Positions 17,501 to 20,000 of a stretch of 20,000 nt of DNA are shown piece by piece. Both the position numbers and the translations under genes were made by a program. The stretch's first letter is position 1, and each line of letters begins with the position of its first letter. The notes beneath the pieces are model-generated. The model was not told the DNA's origin and ran no database searches. It worked only from the letters and a program-made list of their open reading frames with translations. The DNA lies in sequence record DRR723986_3096. One strand, given 5' to 3'.

Positions 17501-19107
17501 CCACCGCCAGCTTTCAGACGGACAATGCCCAGCGGAGTCTCGAGGTCTGAACGCGTATAAACGGACTGATTCATGAACAGCCGACCATCGGGCCCCCACA
17601 GTAGTGTGTGCAGATTGTGGTGAGTATCTTCAGTGCCAAAACCGCTGAGAACGCGCGTCTTCTCGTCCGCTTTCATGTCACCGTCGGTGTCTTTTAAGTG
17701 CAGCAAGTCGGTGCTCTGCGCAACGTAGACGCCACCGTCACCTGGTAGAACACCGGTTGGAATCAAGAGGCCTTCAGCGAAGATTTCTGACTTGTCCGCT
17801 TTGCCATCTCCACTAGTATCTTCCAAAACGACAATTCGATCGGGCGCAGACTGCCCAACTTCGATCATTGGGTAAGCCTCACTGCTGGCTACCCACAGTC
17901 GCCCTTGCGCGTCAAAGTTCATATGAATCGGCTTGTTCAGCAGTGGGTTTTGGGCCCACAAGCTGATTTCCCAGTCTGGATGCACGGTGAATTCAGGAAG
18001 CGGCTGTTCGTCGAATTCTGCGAAAGCGGACTCAAGCCGGGCAGGCGGCAACTCCACATCGGCTTGAGCGTCAAGGTTTGCAAGGCGACGAATCCGAGCT
18101 TCTTCTTCGGCAATCAACTTGTCAAACTGAGGGATCTCGCCTGCGTTCTGCCCTTGCTCATGCTTTCTGAATCCAAAAACGTAAGCCATGTTTGCAGGGC
18201 GACTGCGATGGAACCACCACTCATTCTTCCGCAGCACAACGTCTCGCAACTTGCCGAAACTCTCGTCGGTCGCAATGTCGTCTAGTCTGGTGCCCAGGTT
18301 CTCATTGAGGCTATCCATCATTCTGAGTTTCTTGACCAGATGCAGTGCGACATCTCGATAGCCACGGCTGTTCAGCCGAATTGCAGACTGCCGTTGCTCT
18401 TCGGCGTTTGCTACGCGCTCAAGCGAAATGTAGGAACTCGAATTGGCTTCAGCGACAGCCTCAAGCACACGCCGATGCTTCGCGATGCTCAAGAGCTGCT
18501 CTTGGGATGCAGTTAAATGATCAACAGGGCTGATGAATACAAAGCGGGCTTGGGGCGTGATTTTTCTAGTCGCATCGACCAACCGCTGAAGTTCTTCGCG
18601 GAATTGCTCTGCAGCGGACGTTAGCCGCTGCCCAATCCCGGTTGATCGCTCTGCAGCTCCACCCGTCGTCTCGCAGCACTCCAGAGCGCTCGCCATCCCA
18701 TAGCCGACAATCAAAAGTGTTGGCTTCGTTAACTCGAGTTGCTTTTCAAGTTGCCGCCAGCCTTCGCCCGGTGCTTCCCGACCTGCCTGAACAAGACTGA
18801 GCCCAGTTCGCGAGGCGCCTGCTGGAGTATCGGCGCTCCAGCCGATGTTTCGAAACGTTATCGTTTTGTCAGCGTTGGCAGCCGTAAGAAACGATTCAAT
18901 CCACCCAGAGTACTGCGATTGTTCAACGAAGCCGTCGCCGACCATGACGATGCGATCGCCGTCGCGAATGGGAGAAACATCTTCCGCTGATGCAACCGTA
19001 CACGACGCAAACACAGCGACAATCGCGGTGAGCGCGGATTGAAGCTTCTTGGCCGTCGGTGAGTGGTGGAGCGACGCGAAAAGATGGTATTCACGGAAGC
19101 CGGGCAT
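14548..19107 (-). CDS. PVC-type heme-binding CxxCH protein: degenerate SGNH/GDSL domain + dehydrogenase-like beta-propeller + HEAT repeats + cytochrome c + C-terminal beta-sandwich-like domain
   Basis: Signal-like N-terminus. DGDRIVMVGDGFVE/FRNIGWSADT (SGNH-like). PIHMNFDAQGRLWV, DTSGDGKAD, GFGTEDTHH, FRPIDVKLGPDGALYIADW and DRWHGRIWR (propeller). HEAT repeats. RGELVY...CVTCH (15418-15432)...GGKVGPDM...SLMP. Confidence 0.92.
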   Translation of the reverse strand: MPGFREYHLFASLHHSPTAKKLQSALTAIVAVFASCTVASAEDVSPIRDGDRIVMVGDGFVEQSQYSGWIESFLTAANADKTITFRNIGWSADTPAGASRTGLSLVQAGREAPGEGWRQLEKQLELTKPTLLIVGYGMASALECCETTGGAAERSTGIGQRLTSAAEQFREELQRLVDATRKITPQARFVFISPVDHLTASQEQLLSIAKHRRVLEAVAEANSSSYISLERVANAEEQRQSAIRLNSRGYRDVALHLVKKLRMMDSLNENLGTRLDDIATDESFGKLRDVVLRKNEWWFHRSRPANMAYVFGFRKHEQGQNAGEIPQFDKLIAEEEARIRRLANLDAQADVELPPARLESAFAEFDEQPLPEFTVHPDWEISLWAQNPLLNKPIHMNFDAQGRLWVASSEAYPMIEVGQSAPDRIVVLEDTSGDGKADKSEIFAEGLLIPTGVLPGDGGVYVAQSTDLLHLKDTDGDMKADEKTRVLSGFGTEDTHHNLHTLLWGPDGRLFMNQSVYTRSDLETPLGIVRLKAGGGMRLNTANLKTNVFFRGLWNSWGHRFDRYGQSFLTDGAGFAGIAYGFPGATFNPTPGARHQLDLISPGSWPKFASLEIIDGANYPEDWQGSLVTCDFRANRVTRFSLAEDAAGFVTKQEADLVRTSAATFRPIDVKLGPDGALYIADWSNPIINHGEVDFRDARRDRWHGRIWRLEWKGATASAMKRDLAALSDGELFGLLTEGDGYERTTARKLLSDRLVANPDAAPVKLAEWLAVKDSKADTTTAGTSPLVALEVLWLSQATESLNSNALELCLKSDDGRVRAAAVRTLGTAFIDGQVGSAQEASWRGPLVNALADEFPRVRLEAIRALSRDASVANATRALDVLSLPMDRFIEHALTLTVNEVAEELAHEIESGDWLKTQATSEKDGDLASRKLEFIVTKIEPSLASGLLSNFLASNKLAESTDGPWIELIGKAGGRAELQQLLEATVAGELSESATLRALESLEVANRLRKQRPTNVSSVAQLLDPSSHAEKTVQSAMKLIGSWRMKGQAARLIRIASNADAPVGVRATAIDTLRVLGAAQSVDLLTKLASNPKAARTIQKSALRSLTELAPENAVEPFIAMLSRATDTAAAQAIWREYLGAPGFTEKVGAALPEANLDDFVVDAGRQVVSTRGEAFASLKSVLDQMGTQAEKLIYSPELVAKITAGLEAANPARGELVYRRNELACVTCHAIGGVGGKVGPDMTSLGASAPVDYIIESLVDPAAKVKEGYHSVSVATEEGQVFTGIQVSSDDDKLVLRDANGKLIEVPQIDIIGKKAASSLMPSGVVDRLTDEERVDLVAFLSQLGKPGRFDASRGGVARQYDIFAGTHRIEQLGSERITSGELRSGWKPATALVSGDLPSETIVELTKQPRNIALVHVYARTTAQVAQESTVTFTVNSPAAALWIDGVEVERKRAESAPSEPDNSKNAARFTTTLSAGDHLVLVRLDARDLPEALRLQAENVTFSAPATSLKDGADKQ

Positions 19108-19396
19108 GGTGTATCCAGATTTATGAGTGACTTAAGTTTTGTCAGCGTCAGTCGTTTGACAGGCGTACACTTGCTCAGCACCGTTCAAGTGTCCGGGCAT
19201 GTTGACTGCCGTTGGCGGCTGAGCGCGGGCTGTACTGACGGATTTCGGTAGGAGCCCAAACGTCAATTGCTGTGCGTGGCACGGGCCCAATATCGGGTCC
19301 GTTTGACGCCCAGCGAAATCGTGTTTCAGCTTTGGGGTAGGAAGGCGGTTTGAGCGGCCAAGAGCCTCGCGTTAACGGCGAACAAGACCTCTTTAG

Positions 19397-19402
19397 ATTG
19401 TA
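19397..19402 (-). promoter_or_regulatory. Candidate -10 box TACAAT for the minus-strand three-gene operon
   Basis: Minus strand reads GGGCTACAATCT, about 290 bp upstream of ATG 19107. Short motif only. Confidence 0.3.
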
Positions 19403-19829
19403 GCCCAAACTGCCCCTTTCCGCACGATCAATCCCGCTTCATCTTCGCCGCCCGCACGAATGGATTGCACTATCAAAGACGGTCTTTCCGCAAGAAAGCG
19501 GTGCCACAACCGTCAGCGGTAGAAATTTAGCCGTCGAGAGTGCCTAGCGCATGTAGCCCCCTCTCCCGAGCTGACGCCCTCTCCAGCGTGAAAAGATGAC
19601 GAACGGTTCGTTCAACGCAGCCAGTCAACTGCCATCTCGAAGCCCCATGTGAGCTACCTCCGATGCGAATATCGTCTGGCAAGTGGGAACGGGGCTTTCT
19701 TTGGTGCAACGAATTGTGCTGTCCTGCCTTTCGTGGCGCCAGCGGTAGGGCATCAGTCGTCGTTGCGACTCGCGTCATGCAGCCCCTCCTCCTGATGTGC
19801 GCCCGACGTCTCCCCAGTCAATCGGCCGC

Positions 19830-19863
19830 GACGCCCCGCATTGGCTCAACTGCTTGGGGCGTC
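19830..19863. other. GC-rich hairpin in the long non-coding region
   Basis: GACGCCCC-GCA-TTG-GCT-CAA-C-TGC-TT-GGGGCGTC, with a perfect 8-bp outer stem. Confidence 0.4.
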
Positions 19864-20000
19864 CTTGATTCGGATGGAAACGAAAACTTAGCTACACTAG
19901 TATGGTTGGTTACCAATCGCCCCACGTCAATCTAAGCCAAATTGGCAAGTAGCTCAGTAGGTTTCGGTGTCGCACCACCAAGAGCCAACCTCCAGCATGG

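Noticed and set aside
19468-19520. Superficial SAM-I riboswitch resemblance (CTATCAAAGA...CGGTGCCA)
   Set aside because: Lacks the GCAACC core, the kink-turn P2 and the closing GAU strand, and there is no methionine or sulfur gene downstream on that strand.
19527-19935. Short ORFs 19527-19778 (-) and 19663-19935 (+)
   Set aside because: They overlap each other and have no RBS or protein-like features.
19943-20000. tRNA-like start TGGCAAG-TA-GCTCAGTAGG...GAGC at the window end
   Set aside because: The would-be D-loop is far too long and no anticodon or T arm (GTTCRA) is visible before the window ends. Not supportable as a tRNA.
1-20000. CRISPR arrays, IS elements, integrases, rRNA
   Set aside because: No regularly spaced direct repeats, transposase or integrase motifs, terminal inverted repeats or rRNA signatures were seen.

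Overview
Gene-dense window from a planctomycete, most likely Pirellulaceae-like. The taxon is inferred from the DUF1501/DUF1549/DUF1553 and PVC-type heme-binding CxxCH gene families. The window is dominated by exported redox proteins. These are the 3' end of a HEAT-repeat dehydrogenase-type protein, followed in frame by a separately exported HEAT + azurin-like cupredoxin + cytochrome c protein; two large beta-propeller dehydrogenase-like/HEAT/cytochrome c proteins; and a PSCyt1-DUF1549-DUF1553 / DUF1501 pair. Five CxxCH motifs and one type-1 copper site are visible. Also present are a cytoplasmic ketose 3-epimerase-like TIM barrel enzyme, an SGNH-like exported protein, and a polytopic membrane protein with a GspG-like C-terminus. 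The most striking non-coding signal is at 3607-3950 (minus strand): a consensus sigma-54 promoter with two upstream palindromes and a structured ~145-nt leader, driving a 92-aa protein of unknown function. The last ~890 bp carry no convincing gene but several hairpins. I found no rRNA, complete tRNA, CRISPR array or mobile element.
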